Below, in pieces: positions 33,785-46,670 of a DNA stretch of 64,000 nt (within the stretch, counting starts at the first letter, position 1; every line of letters begins with the position of its first letter). A program made the translations under genes and the position numbers. The notes below the pieces were generated by a model. That model saw nothing but the letters and a program-made list of their open reading frames with translations. It did not search any database and was not told where the DNA came from. Origin of the DNA: the human T2T-CHM13v2.0 reference genome, Homo sapiens; the NCBI RefSeq assembly GCF_009914755.1, contig NC_060926.1. One strand, written 5' to 3'.

Positions 33785-35640
33785 ATTGGTAGGTATTTTC
33801 CACAGTTTTAGGCTTACAAAAAAAAAGTCCAATGGAAAGTACAAAGAGTTATCATATACACCTGTCCCCAAATTTCCCCTATTCTTTGCATCTTTCAAAT
33901 AGTTCATTTGTTTTGTGGACATTACACCTTTTGGAATTGTCCCACAATTCTTGGATATTATTTTCTTTTTCATTCTTTTTTAAAATTTTTGCATTTCAGT
34001 TTTGGAAGCTTTAATTAACATTTCTTCAAGCTCACTAATTTTTTTCTTTGGCTGAGTCCAGTCTACTGATGAGCCTATAAAAGGAATTCTTTATTTCTGT
34101 ACAGTGTTTTTGATTTCTAGCATTTCCTTTTAATTCTCAAAGTTTTTATCTCTCCGCTTACATTACTCCTCTGTTCTTGCATGTTGTCCTCTTTTTGCAT
34201 TAGAGCCTTTAGTGTATTAATCATAGTTGTTTTAAAGTCTGGGTCTGATTATTCCAATACCTGTGACACATGTACAGCTGATTCCAGTGATTGTCCTGCT
34301 CTCCAGACTGTTATTTTTTGGTCTTTCAGTGTGCCTTATAATTAGTTGTTTCTTAAAGCCAGACATGATGCACTGGGTAAAAGGAATAGAGATACATAAG
34401 ACCTCAGTGTATTGTTTTATGTTTTTCTGCCTTGGAGCTAGGGCTGTGTGCAATGTTTACTATAGCTGTAGATTTCAGAAGCTAAAATTTATCCTGATGT
34501 TCTTGCTTTTGTCCCTTTTGCTCTTGTTGGAATTTTTTGGAACTTTTTTTTTTTTTTTTGAGACAGAGTCTCGCTCTGTTGCCCAGGCTGGCTGGAGTGC
34601 AATGGTGCCATCTCGGCTCACTGCAAGCTCTGCCTCCGGGGTTGACACCATTCTGCTGCCTCAGCCTCTGGAGTAGCTGGGACTACAGGCGCCTGCCACC
34701 AAGCCCAGCTAATTTTTTGTTTTTTTTTTTTAGTAGAGACAGGGTTTCACCGTGGTAGCCAGGATGGTCTTGATCTCCTGACCTCGTGATCCGCCCAACT
34801 CGGCCTCCCAAAGTGTTGGGATTACAGGCGTGAGCCACCGCACCCGGCCTGGAACTTCTTAAATAAGTTCTAAGACATGCAGTTCTTTGGTTGTATTATT
34901 CTGATATTGTTCAGGAGCCTTACTAATATGATAGTAAGGTGTTGGGGCAGGGAAAGTCTTCTATATTTTTATGATTAGGTCTCAGTCTTTCAGTGAGCTT
35001 ATCACCGGGTCTATGACCTTCACAAAGCTTATCAGGTTTGCCTCCCCTCTCGCCCTTCCCTAATGTATGACAGAAAAACCAGACAGAACTGGAGTTGGGG
35101 ATTTCCCTTCTGCCATGTCGATTAGGCTTTTTGAAACTCCAGTCAGTTATAGTCTGCTAAAATAGCTTCTCTTGATGATGGGCCTCATTGAGAACAAAAT
35201 ACTCTGAGTGTATTTGAAATTTATTGCTTTTCTACTCTTCTTGCTGAAAGCATGAGAGAAGTTATTTTCATTGTGAGAACCTAGTAAAGGCTCCTGGAGG
35301 TAAAAACTCACAAAAGCTGCCCCTCCACCAAGTCTGCCCTCCCTGAAATTTTTAACTCTCAAACTTGTCAACACCAAGCCTCTAAGTTTTCCTAGCCTCA
35401 TGAACCCCAATACCAGTTCCTACAAAGGTTTCTGATCCCAGGCTTCTGCTCTGGTAAGTTGTAATTCTCTGCATCTTCCTGTCTGTCTGCCAGTGTGAGG
35501 GGCACTGTTTCGCCTGGTGACTTCAATTATCTGATGGATCTAAAGATGGTTATTTTCAGTTCCTTCATCTTTTGTCTTGCTGTGAAGATGGAAGTGATGA
35601 CTTCCAAGCTTCTTCTTTCCCATACTGAAAACAGAAAGTC
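33785..35640 (-). mobile_element. Old L1MC/MD-type fragments (short 3' terminus joined to ORF1/5' region)
   Basis: 3'-end text (cagttttaggcttaca...aagtacaaagagtt), then ORF1-like ISKNCGTIPKGV and caagctcactaatttt...gtccagtctactgatgagcc. Confidence 0.65.
34544..34849 (-). mobile_element. AluY
   Basis: Y-type body. TSD TGGAACTT at 34538-34545 and 34850-34857. Confidence 0.95.
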
Positions 35641-35817
35641 CTCCTACAATTTTATTTTTGTTGCAAAGTTAATTCATGTCCATTTTGTTAAAAACCAAAC
35701 CTATCTCCAAAACATTTAAAAATATCTGAAATTTCATATCCATTTTAGTAAGAGCCTGTGTTTTGCATGCATAAATAGAAGCTATTCTGATGGTGTTTCA
35801 GCAACAAAAATTGTCTA

Positions 35818-36556
35818 TTTTTTTAACTTTTATTTTACAGTCAGGGGTACATGTGCAGGTTTGTTGCAAATGTACATTGTGTGATGCTGAGGTTTGGAGT
35901 ACAAATATATCCATGACCCAGGTAATGAACATAGTGCCCATAGGTCATTTTCTACCCCTTGCCCTTCCCCCATCTGTTGGTCTTCGGTGTCTGTCATTCC
36001 CACCTTTATGTCCATGTGTACTCAATGTTTAGCTCACACTTATCAGTGAGACCATATGGTATTTTCTACCCCTTGCTCTTCCCCCATCTGGTGGTCTCCA
36101 GTGTCTATCATTCCCACCTTTATGTCCATGTGTACTCAATGTTTAGCTCACACTTATAAGTGAGAACATATGGTATTTGGTGTTCTGTGTCTTTGTTAGT
36201 TCACTTAGGATAATGGACTCCAGCTGCATCCATATTGCTGCAAAAGACATAATTTTATGCTTTTTTATGGCTGCATAGTATTCCATGGAGTATATGTACC
36301 ATATTTTCTTTATCCAATCCATTGTTTATGGCATCTGAGTTGATTCCTTGTCTTTGCTATTGTGAATAGTGTTGTGATGAACATATGAGTGCATGTGTCT
36401 TTTTGGTAGAATTATTTGTTTTCATTTGGATATATACCCAGTAATAGAATTGCTGGGTCAAATGGTAGACTAACTCTTAGTTCTTTGAGAAATTTCCAAA
36501 CTAGTTTCCACAGTGGCTGAACTAATTGACATTCCAACTAAAAGTGTATAAGTGTT
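35818..36556 (-). mobile_element. L1PA13-16-like 3' end (non-inverted part of a 5'-inverted insertion)
   Basis: ggggtacatgtgcaggtttgtt...gtgatgctgaggtttggagtaca 3'UTR antisense. Confidence 0.9.
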
Positions 36557-37592
36557 TACAATATCCAGAAAAAGAATAAAATACTTAGAACACAGCTAAC
36601 TAATAAAGTGAAAAATCTCTACAAGGAGAACTACAAAACACTGCTGAAAGAAATCAGAAGTAACACAGATAAATGGGAAAACATTCCATGCTCATGGATT
36701 GAAAGAATCAGTATTGTTAAAATGGCCATGATACCCAAAGCAATTTATAGAGTAAATGCTATTCCTGTCAAAGGGCTAACATCGTTTTTTACAGAATTAG
36801 AAAAAAAGTTCTAAAATTCATATGGAACCAAAAAAAAAGAGACTTAATAGCCAAAGCAATCCTCAGCAAAAAGAACAAATCTGGAGGCATCACATTACCT
36901 GACTTCAAACTATACTATAAGGCTACAGCAACCAAAACAGCATAGTACTGATACAAAAACAGACACATAGACCAATGGAACAGGATGGAGAACCCAGAAA
37001 TAAAGCCACACTCCTACAACCACTCAATCTTTGACAAAGTTGACAAAAATAAGCAATGAGAAAAAACTTCCTATTCAATAAATGATGCTGGGATAACTGG
37101 CTAGCCACATGCAGAGATTGAAACTGAACCCCTACCTATAACCATATATAAAGATTAACTCAACCTAGATTAAAGACTTGAATATAAGACCTTAAACTAT
37201 ACAATCCTAGAAGAAAACCTAGGAAATACTTCTCTTAATATCAGCCATGGCAAAGGATTTATGGCGAGGCCCTCAAAGGTAATTCCAGCAAACACAAAAA
37301 TTGACAAGTGGGTTCTAATCAATCTAAACATCTTCTGCACAGGAAAAGAAACTATCAAGGGAGTAAACAGAAAACCTACAGAATGGAAGAAAATATTTGC
37401 AAACTATGCATCCGTCAAAGGTTTAATATCCCAAATCTACGAGGAATTTAAATCAACAAGCAAAGAAACCAAGTAACCTCATCAAAAAGTGTGCAAAGAA
37501 CATGAACAGACACTTCTAAAGAGAAAACATACAAGTGGCCAAGAAACATATGAAAAAAGGTTCATGATTGCTAGTCATCAGAGAAATGCAAA
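36557..37592 (+). mobile_element. L1 ORF2 inverted segment of the same insertion
   Basis: [15 protein letters not shown]...IPCSWI and TKIDKW on the + strand; ends catcagagaaatgcaaa. Confidence 0.9.
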
Positions 37593-37665
37593 GAAATTGT
37601 CTCTAAAAGGGTACGTATCTTTTGGTTAGAGATTCCATTTTAAGGTAATCTTATATGTTGTGGGT

Positions 37666-37667
37666 AT

Positions 37668-37698
<31 letters not shown>

Positions 37699-37722
37699 CA
37701 CACACACACATATATATATATA
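37666..37722. repeat. Compound (CA)n(TA)n microsatellite
   Basis: Visible directly. Confidence 0.9.
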
Positions 37723-38999
37723 TTAGAAAAATAGATCTAGAAGAACACACAATAAATTTTAAGCAATAGTAACCTCTGTGAAGGTAATCATGTTGGTAAT
37801 GGGGCTGTGAAGAGGGACTTACATTTTTTTACTTTGTATACGTTTTATTTTTTAGAGCTTATGAAATGAATAGTGATTTACTAATCAAAAGTATTAACTT
37901 TTTTTGAAAACCATATTTTCACTGTGGATAAGTTTTTATTATAAGTTCTACCTACCAAAGATTCAATAACCTTAGGTTCTAGTTTTTTTCTGGGTACGGA
38001 AGACCCACTCTGGGAGCCCTCCCAGTACACAAGTCCCTCTATGAGGCCTAACCTCCCTCTTGGCCCTCTCTGCCACCTGTCTTCTTATTTCTTCTGCCTC
38101 TCTGTAGCTCCTGATGCTCCACCGGTGAGTGGTAAAGCCTGGGGAAAATAAATATGACTTCTGTGACATCAGTTATATTAATGGGGTGAGTTGACAGTTG
38201 TAAAAACCTTGACTTTTTTTCATAGGATTTGTGTTTTTAATTTCAGAAAAAAAAGTTATGAAAGGCAGGACTAGCATCTTTAGATAAGCTGAATCCAGAA
38301 TATCAGAAAATGATCTTTCTCTTCCTTGGGATGATGTCTGAAATTTTACCAGTTAGAAATCTACTGGGATGCGAAATGGAGGGAGAGACTCTAATGTGGT
38401 ATTTGGCTTCTGTGGAATAGAGACTCTGGAGCACTATTGAAATAGTTCCTTGCGGGTGTGAGAGGAAGGTCCTCACTGTGGGAGGATGGAACACGGAAGA
38501 GGAAAGCAAAGCAGGATGAACACAGAGTGAGACAGCCAGGCACAGCAAGGCAGCAGCTTCTGTTTCCTGCAGAGATCAAGGAATACAGGTGTCTGAAGCT
38601 TAAGGACAGGTGGCCTATTGACTCTGCGTAGAGCAATGGTGCTCACTTGGCAACACTCACAATTGAATCAGTGTCAAATTGGTATGTGTGGAGTAGAGTT
38701 TGGACAAGGTGAGTTCTACTCTACCTGTAACTGGCAATGTCATCTAGGGAACTGTGTAAGTACTTATGTACCCTCTATAGGCTCCCCTTTATGAGATCCC
38801 AAGAATTGAAGAGTACTGCAAGTTTGATCCTACTTACCCTAACTGGATTAACCAAATCTTGCCGACCTGTGTTTATTACTAGTACTAAATATGATCTATG
38901 GTGATATTCGCTCCTTTTATTAATTCATATTAAACTTATGGTATACTAGAATTTTGAGTATTATCTCACACGTAGCATTTAAATTTGTCGTGGATTGAT

Positions 39000-39205
39000 A
39001 CCTTGGACCCTGGAGTCACAGTGCTTCATTTCAATTTTGGCTTACCTGCTGGTTTTTGTTTTCTCATTAGCAAACTGTGGGGTAGTAATGACAATACTTC
39101 CCACATAGATTGTGAGGATAAGTTGTCCAGGTAAATCACTCAGCACAGAACCTGATACATGAGAAGAGTTCTTTAAACATTATCAATTAATACTTTTATT
39201 ATCAT
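39000..39205 (+). mobile_element. MIR
   Basis: ttttctcattagcaaactgtggggtagtaatg...ttgtgaggat...cactcagcacagaacctgataca. Confidence 0.65.
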
Positions 39206-42200
39206 CTTTACTTTCTTCTGAAACTAGTCTATTGATTCAAGACCATGGCATGTGACTCACTGTTCAAGCACATGGATTTTCTCCTGGCTATTCATTCATT
39301 TTTACAGTATATTGACTATCCCTGCCACCATAATATAAACAATATAGCTGAAGAGCTCTCCTTGGTGTTTTTCTCTCTGCCTTTTCTATCTGTATGTAGA
39401 ATGTTACAGTAACATCGTAGGCATGGATAATTAACATTTACCAATGGCCAAAGGCATTAGAAAATGCAGACAAAAATCTTGGCTACTCATTTCTTGGGCA
39501 TAAACAATTTGGTTCTTTCGGATGTCAACAATTTTGCATAAAATGTTAATTTTCAAGAAAAGAGAATCTATATTGTATACTTCACTTAGGTTTATAAGAA
39601 AGAAAATCTCACTTTTAATCCCTTTTTGATGTGTAAACATACTGCAAACCCAAAGAAAAAGAAAAGTGAGATTCAGCAGTATTTACATTCCTTCTCTTAA
39701 GGTAATTGATTCCAAATCCTTATTCATAGGTGTCTTCAGTTTTCACTTGATAAATCTGTCTTTCCAGTTTTGTCTTTCTTTTTTTTTAAGCATCGTGAAT
39801 AGTTTGATGCATTTTCCTAAACCTTTCCATTTGGCAAATCCCTACATACTCTTTAAGATCCATGTCCAAAATGACTTTGAAGTAACATTTCAATTAATTG
39901 TTTTTCCTTTGTGTCTTCTTAATATTTCAGGCACACATTGGCTTTAGTTTTTATCATACCGTCTGTACTGTAATTTTTCTATGTCTTGCTCATTAAACTG
40001 TGACTAATCCTTGAAAGCTGGACTCATTTCTTGGGAATCTCTTTATGCTCAGTGTCTAGTATATTGCAGGGACTTAAATAGTTCTTGGTGAGGATAGAGA
40101 GGAAGAAAGATGAGAGAGAAATCTTATTATCATGAGTTGCTTCGGATCAGTAAGATACACTGTGCACAACCACCACAGGTTGTATGAAATAACTAAATAC
40201 ATACTTAATCATTCCTTAATTCCTACAGGATTCTTTAATATAAATGAAATAAAGAAAGATGGACAGAAACCTAAAATAGAGAATTTTGAATAGAAGGAAA
40301 ATGAAGACCATCTGTTGTATAATTTTGCCAGGGTAAGATGACTTTCAAAGAGATGCTGGAATAGGTGAGAAGTGACAATTGATTAAAGACTACATAGTTT
40401 TAGATGAGAACACTTAAAATCATTATGGTTATGCCCATACCTGAAAGTGGCACAAACAACCAATATTAAGTAGTTGACAGCATTGGGATGAATACTTACT
40501 AAATAAGAAATCAAAACTTATAATTCATACTTCTTTGGTTTATCGTCAAAGAAGTTAACAATGGGAATAAAGATTGATTGAAAATCTAAGCCCTTTTAGC
40601 ATCTTATTCAAAATAATAAGAAAATGGGTTGATTTAAAGACATGAGAAAGTCAACTGTCATTTCATAATCTTCTCTGCATATTTATCAAGAGAAAAATAG
40701 ATTAATTCTTAATTTAAGCCATACAATGAAATTAATCAAATTTCAAGCTTCGTGTCATTTTTACCCTTTTACTCTCTGTGATGGTTAAAATTTAAAATGA
40801 GCTCTGTTAAGTAAAATGAACAAAATTTAAATATTGCAGTTTTCCCATTATACTTGTTTTGACTGCCTGGATAAACAAACAGCATGGGTTGATATTTGCA
40901 TATCTGCATAGCATTAATAATTATGAAGATGGAATAGAACAGCAAATGGTTCAGCAGGCAGATAAATCCTAAGTCAATAGATGCTAACGTAGATTTTTGT
41001 GCTGAGCTCTTATTTAAAAATCTTGCTACAACTGCAAGTTAATAATATGCAATATAGTCAAACAGCACTGTAAGAAAAACTAAAACATAAAACTTTGGTA
41101 TTAGAGGTATTATGATTTAAATTTATGTTTAAGTAAATGGATGATTTTTTTATATTCTGAAAGACTTTGACAGTATTGAGTTATATAGTGAATACTGAAG
41201 TACATGTAAAATATGGTTTGATTTAACATAAAAAAATCACATATGACTTTTTAGGAACACATTTATTACACCAAAGCTGTACATCTGCATTTAAGATTTG
41301 ATGCATCAAGATGCAATTATTAAAATTACTACTGACTAGTGTTGTGACTCTTGATGTGAGAGCAAAATAATTACACAGTCCCTTTGTTTAAGGACTTTAA
41401 AAGTGTGGCGTGGTAGTTGAGGTATGTATAACAATCAGAGAAATTTATGAATATAAATACAGTCACTCAACTGCAGCAACTCACAGAGTGCTCTGCCTCT
41501 CTTTTATCCAGGGAAATTTATTTACTTATTTATTTTTGCTCATCAACAACTACACATTCCCTCTCAGTCTGAAACATAAGAGTTATGGGTGTGGGGTTGG
41601 CTTGGAGCTCAGGGTGGAAGGCAGGAACGCCTGTCGGCTCCCACTGTGCCACACGCAGTGCTGCATGGTTCATTCCGTTTAATCCACAGGTAGGGACAGC
41701 ATTATCCCCATTTAAACAGCGCAAGTATGAAAGTCAGAAAAAAGGTAACTTAACTGAGTAATTAGTGGCAAAGACAAGATTGGAATCCTAGTCTGTTACA
41801 GAGCTTACCAAGCCCCACACCTTCCCATGGTCTAAAAATTGTCATCGTCATCACCATCAACCTAACCTTTCTTCAGGGCATGCCGGGCTCCAGGCAGTGA
41901 GCCAGGGGCATATCTCACGTATTTCATAGCTTGCTGGGGGAGGTCTCTCCATCTCCATTTTACATGCCGTGGTGGAATCTCAGAAACTTAAGTAACTTTT
42001 AAAAAATCATACACATCTGCAACTGTGTGGGGTTTTTACCACTAGGTTTTGCCTGCCCTGGTCTGTTTAGCTCTAAATCCTGTGTTCTCAGCTAGTAAAT
42101 GACACTTTTTGATATTAAATGGCTGTCCTCTGCTCCTCTCTCATTTGCTTTCTGTTTCTCTTCTGCTGACAAATTTGGAATAAACTAAATACATAAACAT

Positions 42201-44569
42201 TGCTCAGCTGCCAACTAGAACCATTTTTCATGCTTCCCTCAGGAATTCTGGAATTTCACAGAGGAACACTGGGGGTTAACTTGCATAATGACACTTGATC
42301 TATGTAAAATACAGAGAGAGCCAGGCCTTGATAGGTTCTTCACTTCTAAGTTCCAAGAAAGGGAAACTTTCAGCCCTTTCCTTGCGGCTTTGTCTTCTCG
42401 ATTCTGGGAAAATTGTGGTTAAACCTGAGTTAACAAGGCCATTGGAGGTAAAGAATTCAAGGGCCTGGGAGAATTCAAGGGCCTGAGTGGAGTTTCCTTG
42501 TGATCACAGACATCACTGTGTTAATGGCAGTACTTGGGGTGCAGAGAAAGAGTGTAATGTTGGACTGAGTCTTCAGAGAATGGGACATCATAAAAGGCCC
42601 ATATGAAAAAAGATGCAGGGGAATATAGAATTGCATCGTGTCTCAAAGAAGGGCTCCTCATCCCCAAGATGAGGCCCACAAGTATTTCTTCATGTAATCA
42701 ATATGTATTATATATGAACACTTGTTACATAAAGAAATCTCATGCTAAGCATTGTCCTAGAAAAATACCATAAGGTCAGAAGGACGAAGAGCACGCTCCA
42801 CTTGAGAGGCTAGAATGGATGTGGTATCCTCTAGAGAGGCAGGCACCTGTGAGGTCAGAAGGAAAAAAGGCACATTTAGTGAGAAGTTTGAGGTTGTGGG
42901 AGAGTGTGTTAATCATCAAACAGGTCTTTTGAAAGGAGAGTTTTGAAAGGGGAGTAACTGCGGGAGATCAGTTATCAGAGGATAATATGACAGTGGGGCT
43001 TCCATCTTGGGGCAAAGAACAAGGAAAATAGAAATGTGTGACATGAGGCATTTATCTGAATATAGTTACACAACCAACAATCACCAGTCCCTAAGTGGAA
43101 GGGATGTTCTCAGTCTTCTCTGGAGTTGGGTGTGGCCAAAAAGTGCTAACTTTGGAGAGGATTCAGGCCTATGAATCAGGAACTTCTTACTTTTCTGGAA
43201 TGAGTCAGCTGTGGTTTTGTTTTTTGTCTATTCCCACTATGTTCATGTAACTCAGAGCTACTAAGTTTAGAATCCTAGGGAGTTTGGATGGGAATGGAAA
43301 CGAAACAACTTTCAATTACATCCCAGACCAATGATTCTCCCCAGGCCCATGATTCTCCCTACGATGTCTGGAGAGGCTGGTAAAGAAGAGCTGATGTCAT
43401 GTCCACAGAGCCTTACATCTCTGTGGGAAAGGGGGAGGTGGATTTTAAAATATTCTGATAATTTTATTTTCTAAACTTTATATATTTAATCTGAAAAGTT
43501 TAGTTTAAAAAAACTTGTTTGTACTTAAAAAATCCCCAAACACTTATATTCTAAAGTGGTTTGGTAAGGCTATTTTTCATAGATAGAAAGGAATGTTGAA
43601 AAAGTTCTGAAGTTCTTAAAATATTGATACACTGTCTTGTAGGCACTTCTAAAGGTCAAACAGAGAAAGACTTCTTTATGTGGTAGAGAACATTGTTAGT
43701 CTCAATAAATGTTCCTTCTTTCAGCCAGACAAAATAGCTTGTAATCTAACTATGCCTCAACTCTCAGAGGATATCTTTTGTTTTCTTTCAGCTAGCAAAA
43801 GTGGTGATACAGCCTCCCGGAGTTTCCAGGGAGCTTTGTGTAAGTGCCTTATGCAAGTATGTTTTCCAGGCAGGAATGACGGGTGTGAGGAAGGACCCCA
43901 CCAGTTCTAGTTGCCAAAAGCAAAGAAAGGAAAATGAGTTTAACTTTACCGATCTTATTTGTTCTGCCAAATATTTAAAGAAAATCCAAAGAAAAAATGA
44001 TTCCTTAATTGTCCTAATTTACAGAGATGGAATTCATCATGCACTCTTTTTTTTTTTTTTTTTAACCAAGATGTGGTTGAACTCAGCGTGAGAGTGCTGA
44101 AATCATGTTATCTATTTGAGGTATCCAATGGAGGGAGCAAAGCTATTTGCTTTTTGAAGAAAGTGCTTATATAAACATTAGATACTGACTACCTATTTGG
44201 CAGCACGGGGTCTGTAAGTTCTGTTCTTCAATCTCCCAAGATCCTTTTGTCACTGAGGTCACTTTCCTGACTCACAGACCTCCTGGCAACTTCCAGACCC
44301 CTGTGGAAGTACACTGAGCTTTCACCGGAAGTGATCGAACCTGTAGACACATATTAACACGTACCACCCTTTGCTACTTGCAGCATAAAATGTCTAAGAA
44401 TAGTATACATTGGTAAAATGAACATATTCTATAATTCAAAATGTTGAAATGTATGCCTCTCGTACTACAAGGATGGGCAGTCTCTATCAGTGATCTAGTC
44501 AGAGTTTATTGTATTACAAGAAAGACCAAATTGAGTAACTTTAAAGCAAGAGGAAGAGAACAAGAGTAG

Positions 44570-44760
44570 CTGCTAATATTTGCCACGCACCTACTTCGTG
44601 ACAGCAATGCTTACACTCACTTGATCCTCACAGCAACCCCATGAGGTAGGTACATTTTACAAATGAAGCAGTAGAAGCACGACCAGATTAATCTCTTGAG
44701 TGAGGCAACACAGCTAATAAGTGGCAGAGCCAGCACTGGAATTCAGTTGGTCCAAAGGTC
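44570..44760 (-). mobile_element. MIR
   Basis: atcctcacagcaaccccatgaggtagg...cattttacaaatgaag...acacagctaataagtggcagagcc. Confidence 0.8.
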
Positions 44761-44934
44761 TTGGAAATCTCGCAGGAGTTAAAAGATGTGTATGAAATGC
44801 AACTAAGATTCCTCATAATCAGAAGAAACAAAGGCTATCATTTTCTTATTTCTACATAGATTTTACTGCTTACCCTTTTGCCATGACATAAAATGCTTGT
44901 CCCAACTCCATGGTCACATAACTTTTTACAATCC

Positions 44935-45402
44935 TGTACTGGGTTGAACAGTGTCCCCCCAAAGTTCGTGTCCAACTGGACTTGTGAATGTGACATTATC
45001 TAAAAATAGGGTCTTTTCAAATGTACTGAAGTTAAAATGGGATCATACTGGATGAGGGTGAGTCCCAACCTGGGTGGGTCCCAACCCAATGCCTGATGTC
45101 CTGTAAGAAGAAGGAAATTTGGACACGAACACACAGAGAGGGAAGATAGCCACATGGTGATGAAAACAGAGATTTGAGTTATGCTGCTGCAGACCAGGGA
45201 GTACAAAGGATTACTGGCAACCATTAGAAGCTAGATAAGTCAATAAAGGATTTTTCCCAAGGGCATTTGGAGGAAACATGGCCCGGCTGACACCTTGATT
45301 TTAAATTTCTAGCCTCCAGAACTGCAAGAACATACATTTCTGTGTTTTTTAAGCCACCTAGTTTTAGGGCCTTAATTTCAGGAACCCTAGGAAACCAGTA
45401 CA
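44935..45402 (+). mobile_element. MLT1B/C LTR
   Basis: TGTACTGGGTTGAACAGTGTCCCCCCAAA start; gacaccttgattttaaatttctagcctccagaactg; ...ggaaaccagtaCA end. Confidence 0.85.
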
Positions 45403-45442
45403 ATGCTAAAATTCAGGATACAGTTTAGGAAGCAGAGATTAT

Positions 45443-45790
45443 TGTGGTAGGCTAATAATGGCTCCCAAAAATATGCTTATGCATGTCCTGATCCCTGGAA
45501 CATGTGAATATTGTCTTATTTGGAGAATTTTTGCAGATGTAATTAAATACAAAATCTCTGGGTTAAGAGATGATTCTGAATTATAGGAGCAGGCCTTAAT
45601 TGCTATCATAAGTGTCCTTATACATGAGAGGCAGAGAGGAACTTGGCATACACACAGAGGAGAAAGTGATGTGAAAACAATGGCAGAGATTTGAAGGATG
45701 TGGCCACAAGCTAAGGAACGCTGGAAATTGCAGAAGCTGGAAGAGGAAAGGAATTGATTCTCTTCTAGGGCCCATAGAGAAAGAACAGAC
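45443..45790 (+). mobile_element. MLT1D-like LTR, 3'-truncated
   Basis: tgtggtaggctaataatggctccc...atccctggaacatgtgaatat...ggccacaagctaaggaacgc...gaagctggaagagg. Confidence 0.8.
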
Positions 45791-46483
45791 TTTCAAACAA
45801 CTAAATTAACACACTACAGCCAGTGTTTCAAGCAGAAAGATATTCAATACAGAATATAGGCACTCACAAAATCATTGGGGGAGCTTTAGCTGCAGATGTG
45901 AGAGGACTGCCACTCAGTCATCCAGAAGTCTAGACACTGCAGGAGATTATGCCTGAAGTACCATGGTCCCTTAATTCTGGAACTGGTGATTAGATGGGGA
46001 AACATGAGGTCTGATGGCTGCAGTGTTAGCTGTCACCATTACAAAGGGGGTGAGGCAATTAGAAGGGACTTATAGGGAAAAGGGAGATGCAAGGAGGAGA
46101 AAAACTGATGGAGAATGCAATGAGCAATATCTAACACCACACAAGGGATGCTGTTCTAAATATTCCACAACCGGTAGCTATGGGCAATGCAAGTCAGAAT
46201 GCACACTAGTCCTAAGCAAATGGTATGCACATAATGACCCATACCAGCTAAATATGAGTTCTCACAACAACCTGTTTTAATGAAGTGAGAAAGAGATTGT
46301 GATTTCCATAGTTCTGAGCAAGGCCATATAACTTTTGGAGGAGCTTACTGGTGGGCCTACTCCTGGTTAGGTGTTGGCCAGTTCCACACTAGTTGGAGCA
46401 GGCGGTAAATAGTTAGCCAGATTCATATTTGTGGGACATTCCCCTAAAAGAAGGTAAATGTGGTGCAGCTTTCTCAACTATGT

Positions 46484-46670
46484 ACCATCTTTCATCAGTT
46501 TGAAGATGTCATCCATTTTAAGACATATCATTACTTTATGCACCGCTGGGAAAGAAGAAAATAAATGATGCCAATTTAACTATGACATGACATGTATTGT
46601 AATATGCATTCCATACTGAGAAATGTTAAAATGTGGAAAGGCGCTGGTCATAGAAGCAGTGAACTGTGGT
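46484..46670. mobile_element. MER104-like (TcMar) MITE
   Basis: taccatctttcatcag...tgccaatttaactatgaca...gaaatgttaaaatgtg...gtggta. Confidence 0.65.

Noticed and set aside
42452-42485. Short tandem duplications (18-bp period here; 12-bp at ~23585; 14-bp at ~42927)
   Set aside because: Ordinary slippage duplications with only two copies.
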